Shown here piece by piece: positions 10,891 through 24,425 of a stretch of DNA of 64,000 bases; the stretch's first letter is position 1, and each line of letters starts with the position of its first letter. Made by a program: the position numbers and the translations under genes. The notes below the pieces were generated by a model. It did not search any database, was not told where the DNA came from, and saw only the letters and a program-made list of their open reading frames with translations. The DNA lies in the NCBI GenBank assembly GCA_951406725.2, contig OX597824.1:86118001-86182000 (forward strand), given 5' to 3'. Source of the stretch: Octopus vulgaris. Lineage: Eukaryota.

Positions 10891-12872
10891 CTTTGGGTAT
10901 GTGTTTGTCCCCTATAACCGCTTGACAACTTGTGTTGGTGTGTTTGCATCACCATAACTTAGCAGTTAGGCAAAAGAGACTGATAGAATAAGAACCAGGC
11001 TTTACAAAATAAAAACAAGTATTGGGGGTCAATTTGTTCAACTAAGATTCTTCAAGGTGTGCCCCAGCATGACCACAGTCTAATAACTAAAACAAAAGAT
11101 AAAAGATAAGTACCGATTTACAATAGACAATATCTCTTACCTGTATGAATATCATGGACACTGTATTAGTGTCCATAAATGATTAATTAATAGAGCAAGT
11201 ATTACCTGATTTAAGCTTGAATTGATAGCTTGGGTTTTAAAATCAAATGTTATACTTACCGTGCTATATTGATTGCTTTTCTTAATTATTTATTAGTTTA
11301 TTGAAAACTTCAGAGATCAGGTGGAAATGAGTTGGGTAGAATTGAATTTGCCTCACTGTCAAGATAATATGCAATCAAATCATAACAGAAATGGTGTATT
11401 AAAAACCTGTCTTATCTTCTCTAAGTGATTGCGGTTTCGATTCCCAGACCGGGCGTTGTGAGTGTTTATTGAGCGAAAACACCTAAAAAGCTCCACGAGG
11501 ATCCGGCAGGGGGTGGTGGCGATCCCTGCTGTACTCTCTCACCACAACTTTCTCTCACTCTTACTTCCTGTTTCTGTTGTACCTGTATTTCAAGGGGCCG
11601 GCCTTGTCACTCTCTGTGTCACGCTGAATATCCCCGAGAACTACGTTAAGGGTGCACGTGTCTGTGGAGTGCTCAGCCACTTACACGTTAATTTCATGAG
11701 CAGGCTGTTCCGTTGATTCAGATCAACCAGAACCCTCATCGTCGTAACCGTCGTAACCGACGGAGTGCTTCCCTAACCTTCTCTGACATGAGAGGGAGCT
11801 GCCAACTACTATGACCGATCGACTGACCGACTGATTACTTGCTACTATAGCACCTTAGAGAGAGTCAGAGTTACTCCCGCCGTTTGCCCGCGCTTACCGG
11901 GCAAACGGTTTGTGCACCGACTGACCGGCCGCACTTATGCCCTATACCGCTGCTGATGACTGAGAATTCATGTCAGCCATCAACCGCCTGGCTTAGAAAT
12001 TAACCCATCTACAGGTGATGTCAGCTAACAAATGTTTCCCCTAGATTTGGTTATCGATCACCACTGTGGTTATCCCAAGTGTTGGATGAATATCTTGTCA
12101 CTGAGACATTGAGGAAACCTCGTATTTGTTTAAAAGACAACTGCTTGAGACTCGAGATTTTTTGACTAACACCAGTATAATAGTATAATACAGAATGCTG
12201 TGTGTGACTTTTACCTGAGAATGTACCCTAAGAATGTAAAAATTCAAAACAAAGCTATGTAGGCCTATAGACTGACTTACGACCAGTCAGTTGGAACCAA
12301 TTGTGATCGTAAGTTGATAACGAGCTGTAGTCATAATTAATAATTGTATAAAATTATTACATCAGTTTTATGACTATCTTTTGTACCTGGTGTAAACCCA
12401 AGGTGCATGGCTCAGTGATTAGAGCATTAGGCTCACAATCATGAGGTAGTGAGTTCAATCCTCGGGCCGGCTGTGTGCACATTACTCCAGTTCACTCAGG
12501 TGTAGAAATGAGTTGCGAAATCACTGGTGCCAAGCTGTATCAGCCCCTTTGCCTTTCCCTTGGGTAACATCAGTGGTGTGAAGAGGGAACTGCATGGGTG
12601 ACTGCAAGCTTTCCAGAAACGACCTTGCCTGGACTTGTGCCTCAGAGGGGAACTTTCAAGGTGCAATTCCATGGTCATTCATGACCAAAGGGGGGGGCTT
12701 TACCCTCCACTCTCATATACCTAGCACAGGGCTATAAAGAACAGAGATGTTGATCAAGAAATATTTTAAAATTGCCTACCTGTAACAATAATAGCTTTTT
12801 CCTTTTCCTTTAAAGTCTGATTAAATGATTTAATATTAAATTTATCAATTTTTTTTCTCATTTGTTCTTCAG

Positions 12873-12895
12873 CTTCTGTTGACTTTGGAGAAACG
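12873..12895 (+). CDS. PTP 23-nt microexon (ASVDFGET)
   Basis: Long pyrimidine tract ...tttgttcttcag|ct ... acg|gtaaga; phase 1 to 0 fits both neighbours. Confidence 0.7.
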
Positions 12896-13732
12896 GTAAG
12901 AAGACATTTTTTTCTATCAGATAATGCAGAAATGCTCAATTTTTAAGATAATAGTTCTTTTGTTGTTTTTTTTAAATTGTTAAGCCCATTTTCAGAGAAA
13001 ATTATTTGCCTGCGTGGCACCTTGGGCAAGTGTCTTCTACTATAGCCTCGGGCCGACTAAAGCCTTGTGAGTGGATTTGGTAGACAGAAACTGAAAGAAG
13101 CCTGTCGTATATATTTATACATATATATATATATATGTTTGTGTGTCTGTGTTTGTCTCCCCAACATCACTTGACAACTGATGCTGGTTGTGTTACGTCC
13201 CCGTAACTTAGCGGTTCGGCAAAAGAGACCGATAGAATAAGTACTAGGCTTACAAAGAATAAGTCCTGGGGTCGATTTGCTTGACTAAAGGCGGTGCTCC
13301 AGCATGGCCACAGTCAAATGACTGGAACAAGTAAAAGGGTAGTATTTCCATTACACTATATTCAATCAATTGGATCCCTGATTGTAAACCAGATCCCTTA
13401 TTCCTTCAAATGTACAAAGAAGGACCTTTTTATTTCCAAAATAATGGCTCTTATATTAGTAATTACCATATTTGGTGGCATAAAAGGCACTCAGGCATGT
13501 TAGATGCACTCCAATTTCAGCAGTGCATTTTCAGGAGGGGTAAAAAAAAATGCTTTTGCGTTATTAAAGGAAAATTAACTTAACGAAGGCCCAACTTGCA
13601 CACATAGGACCTGAGGTGAGTTTGTGCGAAATGTTTTTGGAGAGAAAACTGCAATTTATATACCATCAAATGCAGCATATAACTCTTGGTCCAGCATTTC
13701 CTTTTGTTCATTTCTGCCATTTCCTTTCCTTT

Positions 13733-13870
<138 letters not shown>

Positions 13871-14816
13871 GTGTGTATGTATTTTTTCTTTTTATTTTGA
13901 CTCTTCACATTTCTCTTATAAATAAAATGTCAGCCTCTTTCTTTTTAGCAAAATGTCATTACTGAAATTTAAGCTTTTGTGTTGAGTCACAGGTTAAACT
14001 TCTCGAAAAGTACTTTCAATATTTTGCATACATTGCTTGTAGTAATGTAACTCAAGTGTATCAATACATGTATATAGACATGTGAGAGAGAGAGGGTGTG
14101 ACTAATTTTGATTATGCTCTACTAAAATCAGTACAAACTGAATAACTTACAAATATTTACTCATATTTAATAGTACAGTTTCAGTAGGTACCAGTTGCTT
14201 GACAGCTTGATAAACCAAAATTCAGTTAAAGCTTTATAGCAGAAATACTTCAGCTATTGTCCTGATCCAGGTATTTTAGCACTTTGCTTAAAACCTCACT
14301 TGCCTTTTCTTAGTCTCCCCCTATTATTTTCACTGATCCATGGAATTAGACAAACCAGGTTACATCTCACCCACAGCATTTCCTAAATGTTTGTGTAACC
14401 CTCACTTCTCCGAGGACTGCCAATTTTACTTTGCCATATTACTTTAAAAGGCGGCGAGCTGGCAGAATCGTTAGCACACCGGGCAAAATGCTTAGCAGTA
14501 TTTCGTCTGCCGTTACATTCTGAGTTCAAATTCTGCCGAGGTTGACTTTGCCTTTCGTCCTTTCGGGTTTGATTAAATAAGTACCAGTTACACACAGACA
14601 GACAGACGGATAAATAGATAGAAAGAAAGATAGACAGATACATTCCTGTAAGGTACACACGAGTAAAGAACAAATTGGTGTATTCAAGTAAAAATACTTT
14701 GTTCCGCCCAAGTTGTCATTCTGATCATTAAATGATGCACTGAGCTGTTGATTAGCCATTGGAAACATATAACCAATGACACTGTTCTTTACAAAATGTG
14801 TATTATTAAAACTAAA

Positions 14817-15210
14817 GGCGCAGGAGTGGCTGTGTGCTAAGTAGTTCTCTTACCAACTACATGGTTCCGGGTTCAGTCCCACTGTGTGGCACCTCGGCCA
14901 AGCGTCTTCTACTATAGCCTCAGGCCGACCAAAGCCTTGTGAGTGGATTTGGTAGACAGAAACTGAAAGAAGCCCGTCATATGTATATGTATGTGTATAT
15001 GTTTGTGTGTCTGTGTTTATTCCCCCAACATCGCTTGACAACCGATACTGGTGTGTTTACGTCCCTGTAACTTAGTGGTTCGGCAAAAGAGACCGATAAA
15101 ATAAGTACTAGGCTTACAAAGAATAAGTCCTGGGGTCGATGTGCTTGACTAAAAGGCAGTGCTCCAGCATGGCCACAGTCAAATGACTGAAACAAGTAAA
15201 AGAGTAAAAG
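14817..15210 (+). mobile_element. tRNA-derived SINE family B, CORE-like (representative)
   Basis: Head ggcgcaggagtggctgtg...gggttcagtccc, CORE-like cct(t/c)gg(g/c)caag, internal (TA/TG)n. Copies at about 570, 7599, 10697, 13008, 17935, 19853, 21750, 24540, 24915(-), 29905, 31495(-), 34325, 35115 and 62105(-). Confidence 0.85.
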
Positions 15211-16059
15211 AGAGTATTCATTAGCTTTTAAAAGTGGTTGTTTGAGCGACTATGTTGGCGAAAAGGTTAAGCAAGTAAATCAACTGCAGAACACAGATAT
15301 CATCATCATCATCATCATCATAGTTGAACATCTGTTTTTTTTTTGTTTTTTTTTTTATTCTGGTATGGGTTGGCCAGTTTGGCAGGAGCTGGCAAGCCAA
15401 AGGACTGCATCAAACTCCGGTGCCTGCTTTGGTATGGTTTCTATGGTTCGATGCCCTTCCAAATGCCAACCACTTCAGAGAGCTACTGAATGCTTTTTAC
15501 ATGGTAGCAGCACTACTCTCAATAACCAGTATAAATAGTTTTTAAATCCATTCACTTGTTATCAAAAAGGTTTCAAACTTGTAAATTGGATAAATTTGAT
15601 AAGGGTGGGCTCTTAAAACACACATATTGCTCACTTTAGTGTCTCGGATCACCCTCAACAGGATACTGTACTCTTCGGATCATATGCTAGGATCTTAGGT
15701 TCCTTGAATTGCCGCAACAACATTTACAAGTATTGACATGTTCTCTCAAGGTTCTGGGCCCCTCAACCTGCACTCAGAGAAGATTGTTTTATTTAGGAAA
15801 CCCAACCCCCCGAAAAACAATGTCACTTTCAGGTCATACCCACACAGGATGCCAGAGATACACTTTAAGCATAATAATCCCACCCAGTAGACACAGTGTC
15901 CCCTAAGGTGCTTACCCGATTGACCCCAATGTTCACTTTGAAATAGAATTTCGTTTTAGTTCGTTTTTATTGTAAAGACAGATTTTTAGTGACCTTGCAA
16001 TCACCATCGGTCTCATTATCGTCAGTGTTTGTGTCTTCGTTATCATTGTTGGCGTTTGT

Positions 16060-16640
16060 TGTCATCATGGGTGTTGTCATTGTCTTTGGCATCATTGGTG
16101 GCGGTGATGGCATCATTGGTGGCGGTGATGGCAACATCATCGACAGCAGCATCATCATTATCAGCATCATAATCGTCATCATCATCATCATAATCATTAT
16201 TACCATCATCATCAGCCTCATCGTCATCACCATCATCAGCATCATAATCATTATCATCACCATCATCAGCCTCATCATCATCATCACCATCATCAGCCTC
16301 ATAATCGTAATCACCATCATCAGCATCATAATCACCATCATAATCATCATTACCATAATCGTCATTACCATCATCGTCATTACCATCATCATCACCATCA
16401 TCAGCATCATAATCGTCATCATCATCATCAGCATCATAATTGTCATTGCTATCAGCATCGGAATCACCATTGCCATCAGTGTCCTAATCCTCCCTGTCGT
16501 TATCATCTTCATCCTCATCAGTCTCACCCACCATTGCCAATCTTACTATCAATGTCATCAACACCATCACTATTTGCATTTAAAAAAAAAATCTCTACAA
16601 CTACCATTACCAAAGCCACAACCATCATCATCATCATCAA
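16060..16640. repeat. Degenerate (ATC)n tract with recurring sub-unit atcaccatcatcagc(a/c)tcat
   Basis: Read directly; source of the poly-Ile and poly-Met ORFs. Confidence 0.95.
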
Positions 16641-16694
16641 TGCACTTATTGTAATTATCACTCAAAAACTTTGTTTTTTTCTTTTTCCTCCCAG

Positions 16695-16743
16695 GAAACT
16701 GGTTTCACACCAAACCTCCCACCACGGAAATACAAAAGTGATA
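16695..16743 (+). CDS. PTP 49-nt exon (ETGFTPNLPPRKYKSD)
   Basis: ctttttcctcccag|gaa ... gata|gtaagt; contains a PxxPxR motif; phase 0 to 1. Confidence 0.78.
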
Positions 16744-17066
16744 GTAAGTTCTTCGAGTTTCTTCCATTGTTCTTTCTCTCTTCTTGTGACATCATCTCAA
16801 ATAGATACCTGGATACCTCTTTGTATAGAGAAGGTCCAGGATGGAGACACTGAGGTATATCTATCTGATATAATTTAAGTTTCTTTTAATTCACCACTGT
16901 TAATTCACTTCTGTAATCTTTCAACATTCAGAAATTGACTGGACTGCTTAACTTGTTGTTTAGCCCCAAGATGACCCCCAAAGCAGTCCTTTAACTCTTT
17001 GGCACTCACAGTGTCAGCTCATGTATAGGCACTGCTGAACTGCAGCATCCCCTATTTCCACTCTAT

Positions 17067-17409
17067 ACACCCGTGGACATGTTTACAAAGTCAGAAAACA
17101 GCACAGCTCCCATGACTTTAGCAAATATTTTTTCACGCTTAGAGTTGCTGAAGTATGGAACAAACTGTCGGCATCAGTTGTTAGTTGTTGGAGCACTGCA
17201 TCCTTCAAAACTTCCATGCTTCCTGAGATTCGCCAACACTACACCTGACTTTCTCCCCTCCATACACACGCAAGCATGTATCTGACTCATACACTGTTCA
17301 CTTTCCAGACATTTGTACACTACTGCATATGCTTTATATGCACCTTTGACAAGTTGTGGTGCACCTGAGCACTGTATACAGTAATTTCATTATCATTATT
17401 ATATATTAT
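17067..17409 (+). mobile_element. CR1-clade LINE 3' end, shortest copy
   Basis: Shares acacccgtggacatgtttacaaagtcag...gcacctgagcactgtatac with the other two copies. Confidence 0.88.
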
Positions 17410-18566
17410 CGATAACATTAAATATAATGAGTCCTTTTTTTCTTTAATTCTTTCTTTATACTTGTACATTATATAATCCTTAATTTTAATGTTAGTAACC
17501 ATCCCCTAATTTATGAAAAAAATACAAAAATCCTTGTGTAGAACTGTGCGCTTCACAGTACCAGCAATGTGGTATTTGGCTTTTCATCCGTTTCGGGTTG
17601 AAAAATAAGTACCAGTTGAGCACTTGGGTTGAAGTCATTGACAAACACCCTCTCCCTAAAATTGCTGGCATTGTGCCAAAATTTGAAACCACATTACATT
17701 ACAGAATGCTGGGAAAATTCCTTTACATTACACTACAAAGAATGCTCCTTTGTGTTTTGCTGAAGTGAAGGAACGGTTCCTTGTATTTAAACTGCAGGGT
17801 AAGAAACTCCCTTTCATTAGGAAGTTACCCTGCAGAGAGGGGAAGCGTGCTCTTTTACATTACACTGCAAGAAGGGAAAGTATGTTGTTTCATGTTACTA
17901 TCCCTCTTCCTACTCTGTAGAAAAAATTATCTAGGCCTAGGAGTGGCTGTGTGGTAAGTAGCTTACTTACCAACCACATGGTTCCGGGTTCAGTCCCACT
18001 GCGTGGAACCTTGGGCAAGTGTCTTCTGCTATAGCCTCAGGCCGACCAAAGCCTTGTGAGTGGATTTGGTAGATGGAAACTGAAAGAAGCCCATCGTATA
18101 TATGTATATATATATATATATATATACTGTTTAATAGAATAAGTACTAGGCTTACAAAGAATAAGTTCCGAGTTGATTTGTTCGACTAAAGGCGGTGCTC
18201 CAGTATGGCCGCAGTCAAATGTCTGAAACAAGTAAAAGAGAAGAGAGAGTGTGTGTGTGTGTGTGTTTGTGTTTGTCATCCCAATATCACTTGACAACCG
18301 ATGCTGGTGTGTTTACGTTGCTGTGACGTAGCGGTTCGGCAAAAGAGACCGATAGAATAAGTACTGGGCTTACAAAGAATAAGTCCTGGGGTCGATTTGC
18401 TCGACCAAAGGTGGTGCTCCAGTATGGCCACAGTCAAAATGACTGAAACAAGTAAAAGAGTAAAGAGTAAAAGAGTAGAGTTACCAACAAAATAACTAAA
18501 TAAATGAATAAATAAATAAAAATAATAAAAATATAAATAAATTTGGTTTTTTTTTTGTCTTTTCAG

Positions 18567-18631
18567 TGGAACCGTTTGAGAAAACAAAGGAAGAAAAACA
18601 TACGGGAAAATTAGGAAAGATGTTGGAAATG
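18567..18631 (+). CDS. PTP 65-nt exon (MEPFEKTKEEKHTGKLGKMLEM)
   Basis: ttttttgtcttttcag|tg ... atg|gtaaga; phase 1 to 0. Confidence 0.75.
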
Positions 18632-19129
18632 GTAAGAGAACCATTTAAGAACATTTTACACACGGTCATGCGTACACACGCATACACACACACACACACT
18701 CTGTCTGTCTCTCTCTCTCTCTCTCTACTGCTCACACACTCAACAGACCAAAGAAGCCCCTGCAGCTTTTGTCAAAAGCATGCATACATGTGCCTATGCA
18801 TTCACTTGCATGTGGGCTCATGCACGCACAATCAACAGGCCAGGAAATACCCAGTAGCTTTTTTTTTTTTCAAACACCAATCCGACCGTGGCCGTTGCCA
18901 GCCTCGCCTGGCTCCTGTGCAGGTGGCACGTAAAAAGCACCCACTACACTCACGGAGTGGTTGGCGTTAGGAAGGGCATCCAGCTGTAGAAACACTGCCA
19001 GATAAGACTGGAGCCTGGTGCAGCCTTCTGGCTTCCCAGATCCCCGGTCGAACCGTCCAACCCATGCCAGCATGGAGAACGGACGTTAAACGATGATGAT
19101 GATGATGCATGCGTGCACAAACAGATATA

Positions 19130-19696
19130 TTGGGTTGTCCGGAAAGTTCATGCCGATTTATAGTAGCTTACCTTTCGACTTATTTTAGAACATGGTTGAC
19201 TCCATAAAATAGGATTTTACTACACCTCCATTTAGAGCACAGTTTAAGCTATCTCTTCGTGGAAGAAGGTTTATGTTCCTATAACCTGTGTTAATTCTGT
19301 AACCCTTTTAAAATTGAAGATAAGAAAGTTCATTTTCGGCACTTGATGCTTTGGGAACCAGACAAAAATTGCTGCAGCTCGGCTGGAATGTGTTACCCCA
19401 CCCTCCATATTCACCAGATATTGCTCCTTCGGATTTCCACTTATTCAGGTCTCTGCAGAATAGTCTTAATGGTAAAAATTTCAATTCCTTGGATGATGTA
19501 AAAAGATACCTTGATGAATTCTTTGCCATGAAACCACCTCAATTCTGGGAAAAGGGTATTTTCAAGTCAAAGGAAAGATGGAGACGCATTGTGCAACAAA
19601 ATGGTTCATATTTGGTTGATTAAAAATGTAATAGCAAGGATTTATTGACCTTTTTCTTTCCTTTAAAAATCGGCAAGAACTTTCCAGACAACCCAA
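19130..19696 (+). mobile_element. Internally deleted non-autonomous mariner
   Basis: 30-bp TIRs (ttgggttgtccggaaagttcatgccgattt, 2 mismatches), TA on both sides; N-terminal EDKKVHFRHLMLW abuts C-terminal GWNVLPHPPYSPDIAPSDFHLF...NGSYLVD*. Confidence 0.93.
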
Positions 19697-20409
19697 TACA
19701 TGCACACTCATCAACACACACAGATCAAGCTGTTACTTGCTTTTTACAAACACTGTATAGACAACAATCCATGCAAACATATAAATGTTACACACCCTAC
19801 ACATTTGTGCTTACATCTGCACAGTTCCCTCTTGCACACATACATGCACATAGGCGCAGGAATGACTGTGTGGTAAGTAGCTTGCTTACCAACCACATGG
19901 TTCCGGGTTCAGTCCCACTGCATGGCACCTTGGGCAAGTGTCTTCTACTATAGCCTCGGGTCGGCCAAAGCCTTGTGAGTGGATTTTGTAGACGGAAACT
20001 GAAAGAAGCCCATCGTATATATGTATATATATATGTGTGTGTATATGTTTGTGTGTCTGTGTTTGTCCCCCCAACATCACTTGACAACCAATACTGGTGT
20101 GTTTACATCCCCATAACTTAGCGGTTCGGCAAAAGAGACTGATAGAATAAGTACTAGGCTTACAAAGAATAAGTCCCGGGGTCGATTTGTTTGACTAAAG
20201 GCGGTGCTCCAGCATGGCTGCAGTCAAATGACTGAAACTAGTAAAAGAGAATACACACATTACCGCACGTAATCACACACACACACACTTCTCTATATAA
20301 CAGCACAAAAATCTACAAATTTTATAGCATTTTGTGTGGAACTGAAAACTACACTAAAACTAAATCTAGAAACGTTTTTCCTCACTCTTTCTTTTTCTCT
20401 TTCTTTCAG

Positions 20410-20437
20410 TTACATATAAAGAACAGCTCGAATTCTG
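20410..20437 (+). CDS. PTP 28-nt microexon (LHIKNSSNS)
   Basis: ctttttctctttctttcag|tta ... tctg|gtaagc; phase 0 to 1. Confidence 0.72.
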
Positions 20438-23400
20438 GTAAGCATCTTGTGACAGTTTACATTGTGGCATTAAATAATTTTTTTTTTTTTTTTACTACCC
20501 ACAAGGGGCTAAACACAGAGGGGACAAACAAGGTCAGACAAACGGATTAAGTCGATTATGTCAACCCCAGTGCGTAACATGTACTTATTTAATCGACCCC
20601 GAAAGGATGAAAGGCAAAGTTGACCTCGGCAGAATTTGAACTCAGAACGTAATGGCAGACGAAATACCTATTTCATTACTACCCACAAGGGGTTAAACAC
20701 AGAGGGCAAACAAGGACAGACAAATGGATTAAGTCGATTATATCTACCCCAGTGCGTAACTGGTACATATTTAACCGACCCCGAAAGAATGAAAGGCAAA
20801 GTCAACCTCGGCAGAATTTGAACTCAGAACGTAACATCAGATGAAATACCGCTAAGCATTTCATCCGGCGTGCAAACGTTTCTGCCAGCTCGCCGCCTTT
20901 GTGGCATTGAATAATATAAGCTCTGAATATCTGACTAAATAGTCTTAAGTTCAAGTGTGACAACTGTATTGTATGGTCAATGTACATTATTCTACTTGCC
21001 TCAGTCCCTCTGACTGACAAACAGGCTTCACTCTCCACATTTGAATGTTTTTTTTCCTTATATTTCATATGCTGAGTCTAGAGGAAGGTACAGAGCCCAG
21101 GTCCCTTGTAAGCCCTCCAAGATCAATGATATAGATGTCTTGACTGTTCTTTAACATTTGCAAGAGAGAAATGAGCAAGGGTGGGATACAACAGAACTTA
21201 CGTCTTGAAATAGAACTACAAACCAATAAACGGATCATAAGGTCCAGTACTTGTTTCAATCTCTGGTTATTATTACCAAATTAGAAACAATGTACAACTC
21301 TTTACTTCTGAAATGGGAAATTTATATTGTGTATACTGTTTATATAGTGGAGGCGAAATCGCCCAGTGGTTAGGGCAGCGGACTCGCGGTCGAAGGATCA
21401 CGATTTCGATTCCCAGACTGGGTGTTGTGTATGTTTATTGAGCGAAAACACCTAAAACTCCACGAGGCTCCAGCAATGGCAACCCCTGTTGTGCTCTTTC
21501 GCCCCAACTTTCTCTCACTCTTTCTTCTTGTTTCTTGAGTAACGCTGTGATATGGTATTGAATCAACATCTAGAGTCTGACTCCATACTCTACTGTGGTT
21601 TTGTTGTATCTGGAGAGAGTCCTTTTCTCATAGAGTTAGGCAGTAGACTTAATTCTTAGTGCACCAAGCCAACAGAAATAGGTGCGAGATTCTCTGGGGT
21701 GTGTTACCAAAATAGACTTCTATTTTATCCATTTAAAACTATAAAGAATAGGTGCAGGTATGGTTTTTGTAGTTTAGAAGCTTGCTTTCCCAACCATGTG
21801 GTCTTGGGTTCAACCCCAGTGTGTGACACCTTGGGCAAGTGTCTTCTATTATAGCCTCTGACAAACGAAAGCCTTGTCATTGGATTTGGTTCAGGGAAAC
21901 TGAAAGAAGCCAGTTAAATGTATGTGCATATACACCCTTGACTAAACATCACGATGGCTATAAATAAGCATCGCTAATAATACAAGCGATGCTGTTTATT
22001 TCCAGTCTTCCATGGAAACACATCTAACTTTTGGAAATAAGGGTTGGCGACAGAAAGAGCATCCAGCCATAGGAAATCTGATTCTGATTCATGTAAGCGT
22101 AGAAAAGTGGTCGTGAAATGTTGATGTGGACAAAAACGGGGTCTAAACACCAGCACTTAAAAAAACACGAATCGGTGGTATAGTATGGAATGCGGCGAGC
22201 TGGCAGAAACGTTAGCACTCCGGGCGAAATGCTTAGCGGTATTTCATCTGCCGTTACGTTGTGAGTTCAAATTCCGCCGAGGTCAATTTTGCCTTTCATC
22301 CTTTCGGGGTCGATAAATTAAGTACCAGTTACGCACTGGGGTCGATGTAATCGACTTTAAACCTATGTCTGTCCTTGTTTGTCCCCTCTGTGTTTAGCCC
22401 CTTGTTGGTAATAAAGAAATAAGTATAGTATGGAATGTGCCTAGCCCCACCCTTAAAATAACATAACTTGACTACAGCAAACTCGCGCATAAACTGGTCC
22501 CTTTCTTCGGTGTACATGTTCAATGCTACACAATTGTTAGATTTTATAAATATTTAGTTTTTACTTTGCCCTAATATACGTAAATGATAAAAGCAGTTGT
22601 TATATAATCTAAAAACAATTTCAGTTTCACATTTATGGCTGTTCAGTAGGTTTTAACTTTTGCCTACTGTTGATATCTGTTAAATGATAACCTACAATAC
22701 TTTCAGATAAACAAAGAAAAATCTTTTATGCTGTCAGTAAAGGCAATTAAAACATCTGCCTACGTTTCCCACTCCCTCTTCCCTTCGCTTCACGTCCTAC
22801 TCTGTAGTTAATTAGGGATGGATTGTTTCCCTTCTATAATGGAATTGTCTCCCTTCAATTATTATCAGTTTGTGTGTGTAAAGATTGCTTTTGTTTAAAT
22901 ATCTATTTCTTTATTGCCCACAAGGGGCTAAACATAGAGGGGACAAACAAGGACACACAAACGGATTAAGTCGATGAGTACTTTATTTATCGACCCCGAG
23001 AGGATGAAAGGCAGAGTCGACCTCGGCGGAATTTGAACTCAGAACATAAAGACAGACGAAATACTTATTTCTTTATTACTCACAAGGGTCTAAGCATAGA
23101 GGGGACAAACAAGGACAGACATAGGTATTAAGTCGATTACATCGACCCCAGTGCGTAACTGGTACTTAATTTATCGACCTCGAAAGGATGAAAGGCAAAG
23201 TCGACCTTGGTGGAATTCGAACTCAGAACGTAAAGACAGACGAAATACTGCTAAGCATTTCGTCCGGCGTGCTAACGATTCTGCCAGCTCGCCGCCTTTA
23301 ATGTTTAAATATCTTTTGTTTAGATATCATCTACTTTAAAGCAACTGTCAAACAGTCATGTTCTCAGCATGGAAAATGAAATAAATGTTTCCTGCCTTAC

Positions 23401-23502
23401 CAAATCCTTGAATAAGAGTTTAGGGGGGAACCGGTGTAGCAAGATCCTGTGTCACAGTTTCTTTAGTTATGAAGTCCTAATTCATTTTCCTTCTTTTTAC
23501 AG

Positions 23503-23535
23503 AGAAACACAAACATCAGAAAATTTCTATCATTG
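23503..23535 (+). CDS. PTP 33-nt symmetric microexon (EKHKHQKISII)
   Basis: ttccttctttttacag|ag ... attg|gtaagt; phase 1 to 1; puts I-I directly before the GFG of the last exon, resembling the IGFG of vertebrate PTP-PEST. Confidence 0.72.
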
Positions 23536-23979
23536 GTAAGTAAATATTGTATTTTATATTGTTTTGGGTGGAGTTGCAATGGCCAAGTGGTTAGGGCAAA
23601 GGACTCACGGTCGTAGGATCGCGGTTTCTGGCATTGTGAGTGTTTATTGAGTGAAAACACCTGAAGCTCCACATACGTCACAGAAACCAGGAAACCGGGC
23701 CCATGAGCCTGGCTAGGCTTGAAAAGGGCACATAAATAAATAAATATATAAAATATTTGACAGACGAATTTGAATGCTAAAAGAGTAAGATCACAGCCTT
23801 GGACAAAGTTTAGCATATCTTCAAATTCAACCCAAGCTGTATGAGTAAAATCAGGTTGACAGAAACTGTATGGAAGCCCATCAGATGGACTCTACCTGTA
23901 ATACTGGGGGCAAGCCATGCCATATACTGTCATGCTGGTTCTCCCTGAGAATTACACAAAAGGATACATGTGTGAGGAA

Positions 23980-24425
23980 TACATTGACACTCCGACGTCT
24001 GGCAGCTGACTTGGCAGACACTCATAAAATTATTAACCATCTTACCAACAATAACTCTGAGCACCTTTTCAAACTCCACCTGTCTAACACCCGTGGACAT
24101 GTTTACAAAGTCAGAAAACAGCACAGCTCCCATCACTTTCGGAAACATCTTTTCACGCTAAGAGTTGCTGAAGCATGGAACAAACTGCCGACATCAGTTG
24201 TTAGTTGTCGGAGCACTGCATCCTTCAAAACTTCCGTGCTTCCTGAGATTTGCCAACACTACACCTGATTTTCTCCCCTCCATACACATGCAATCATGTA
24301 TCTGACTCATACGCTGTTCACTTTCCAGACATTTGTACATTACTGCATATCCTTTATACGCACTTTTGATAAGTTGTGGTGCACCTGAGCACTGTATACA
24401 ATAATTTCATTTATTATTATTATAA
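23980..24425 (+). mobile_element. CR1-clade LINE 3' end, same family
   Basis: LRRLAADL...TRGHVYK...FTLRVAEAWNKLP; near-identical to the reverse complement of about 27844-28290; (ATT)n tail. Confidence 0.9.

Noticed and set aside
11950-11990. Hammerhead ribozyme at ctgatga-ctga...tcag
   Set aside because: No GAAA follows the putative stem II.
15967-16654. Poly-Ile and poly-Met ORFs as membrane proteins
   Set aside because: They are translations of a degenerate (ATC)n tract inside a PTP intron.
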